Assembly: GCA_002029975.1 (NCBI GenBank)
Contig: LQBE01000019.1
Location: 444 to 64,443 of the forward strand
Direction of reading: 5' to 3'
Source of the DNA: a delta proteobacterium ML8_F1
Lineage (GTDB): Bacteria > Bacillota > Clostridia > Peptostreptococcales > Acidaminobacteraceae
DNA: 64,000 nt
Part shown: positions 62,841-64,000 of the stretch, one piece after another
How positions within the stretch are numbered: position 1 is the first letter of the stretch
Layout: every line of letters starts with the position of its first letter
Notes under the pieces: model-generated
What the model was told of the DNA's origin: nothing
Databases searched by the model: none
What the model saw: only the letters and a program-made list of their open reading frames with translations
Made by a program: the position numbers and the translations under genes

Positions 62841-64000
62841 TTACCTCTGTATCCTGTAAAATATTTTTTCCAGTTCCCGGGAGCTGAGTTCCACAATCAA
62901 GGGTCTGCCGTGGGGACAGGTCAAGGGATCCTCCAGGGTCATGAGATCCTCCAACAGTTTTTCGACTTCAAGAGGCTCAATCCTGGAGTTCCCTTTGATG
63001 GCTTTTTTACAGGAATGCTGAATGATTGCCTCTTCAGTGAGCTTTTCATAGCGGTAGTCCTCCTGCCGGTAGTTGTCCAGGAGCTCCACCAGCAGGGTCT
63101 TGGCCTGGTCCAGGGTAAAAAGTGAAGGAATTCCCCTGACAAGCAGATCTGAGGGGCCGAAAATTTCCAGGTCGTAGCCGAAACGGGAAAAATCCTGCAT
63201 CCTGTTTTCAATGAGACGAATCTCTTCATGGGACAATCCCAGGATTTCAGGGGTGACGAGTCCCTGGGAGTCCAGGGAATCCGTGGCGTAGCGCTTCATG
63301 AAACCCTCATACAAAATTTTTTCATGGGCGGCATGCTGGTCAATGAAAAATACCGCCCTCTCTTTTTCAAAAATGAGATAGGTGCCGAGGACCTGGCCGA
63401 CATAGTTCAGGTTTCTGAAAACCTGGTATTTGTCCCGGGCGGCTTCCTGATTCCTGTCCAGAATGTGCCGGCTCAGTGTCTGGATTTCCTGCCGCTCTTT
63501 AACCCCCCGGGTCTCCTTCAGGCTCAGCTGGTCGTACAGGGGGGGCTGGATGGTTTCTGTGGAAATTTCTCTTGGCGCATTGGCTGGAGGCGTGGGTTCT
63601 TTGGCAATCACTCCCCTGGAGTGACTTTCCTTCCTGTAGAGTTCCTCCCGGAAAGTTCCGCTGAGTTCAAGACCAATCCCCTCCTCTCCTTCAATTTTGA
63701 CAACCAGCTTTGAAGGATGGACATTGACATCCACCACCCCCGGGTCCACACTCAAGTAGAGGAAAAAAACAGGAAACTTATGACCGGGAATCAGGGCGCG
63801 GTAGGCCTCGTTGAGACTGTCCAGAAGAATCCGGTTTTCTACGTATCGACGGTTGACAAAGAGGTACTGAAGACTGCGGTTCCCGCGATAGTAGCCGAGG
63901 TCCGAGGCATAACCCGTTATTTGGACGTCTCCAATCTGGGTTTCGAAGGCAAGCAGATGTTCAAAAAGCTCCCGGCCATACAGGGTGTAAATCACCCCCG
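62841..64000 (-). CDS. mutL: DNA mismatch repair protein MutL (C-terminal two-thirds; N-terminus lies beyond the window)
   Basis: The ORF runs off the 3' edge. It includes the transducer region (LQYLFVNRRYV, VDVNVHPSK), the C-terminal dimerisation/endonuclease domain (FIDQHAAHEKILYE) and CPHGRP. Confidence 0.93.
   Translation of the reverse strand, partial: GVIYTLYGRELFEHLLAFETQIGDVQITGYASDLGYYRGNRSLQYLFVNRRYVENRILLDSLNEAYRALIPGHKFPVFFLYLSVDPGVVDVNVHPSKLVVKIEGEEGIGLELSGTFREELYRKESHSRGVIAKEPTPPANAPREISTETIQPPLYDQLSLKETRGVKERQEIQTLSRHILDRNQEAARDKYQVFRNLNYVGQVLGTYLIFEKERAVFFIDQHAAHEKILYEGFMKRYATDSLDSQGLVTPEILGLSHEEIRLIENRMQDFSRFGYDLEIFGPSDLLVRGIPSLFTLDQAKTLLVELLDNYRQEDYRYEKLTEEAIIQHSCKKAIKGNSRIEPLEVEKLLEDLMTLEDPLTCPHGRPLIVELSSRELEKIFYRIQR

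Noticed and set aside
1-64000. A search for tRNA, rRNA, tmRNA, SRP RNA, CRISPR arrays, IS elements or transposases, prophage genes, toxin-antitoxin pairs and defence systems.
   Set aside because: No intergenic region is long enough apart from 57357-57595, which shows no cloverleaf or repeat-spacer pattern. Every ORF above about 90 aa on the sense strand is accounted for by a housekeeping family or by the few orphans listed.

Overview
The window is a dense stretch (about 95% coding by eye) of core chromosome from a Firmicute of the Clostridia type. Supporting marks are PolC, CodY, SpoVS, the ylxM/ylxR/ylxQ genes, GAAC-N4-GTTC SOS operators, and Clostridia-like gene order (dxr-rseP-ispG-polC, mutL-miaA-hfq...lexA). 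GC content is roughly 50% by eye.

I call 64 protein-coding genes, and 57 of them are on the + strand. They run in this order:
- fabF(partial)-rnc-radical SAM-smc-ftsY-ylxM-ffh-rpsP-khpA-rimM-trmD-rplS-rbgA-rnhB
- dprA, topA-codY, rpsB-tsf-pyrH-frr-uppS-cdsA-dxr-rseP-ispG-polC
- rimP-nusA-ylxR-ylxQ-infB-rbfA-nrnA-truB-ribF-rpsO-pnp
- M16 peptidase-dut-aspartate kinase-ftsK-selU-rimO-pgsA-cinA-recA-rny-spoVS-spoVS-purB
- A looser and visibly more AT-rich segment at 54.6-59.5 kb: MarR-GNAT, ung, AKR/Fe-S, a ferritin-like protein, an XerS-like recombinase and a LysM protein
- lexA, followed by a minus-strand block ynbB-hfq-miaA-mutL(partial)

I saw no rRNA, tRNA, CRISPR array, IS element, prophage or defence island. 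I do not see a convincing novel multi-gene system, and most of the window is ordinary housekeeping DNA.

The observations most worth a second look:
- A 38-bp lox/dif-like palindrome sits in the largest intergenic gap, 0.6 kb upstream of the XerS-like single recombinase and close to a point where gene orientation converges. This could be an unconventional chromosome-dimer resolution locus.
- RNase Y almost certainly initiates at a non-canonical ATT codon.
- DprA consists of the Rossmann-fold core only.
- The pnp and rimP-nusA leaders are structured.
- The yneA-like/lexA divergent control region is a textbook triple-operator SOS arrangement.

All coordinates and motifs were read by eye. No database searches or folding calculations were run.
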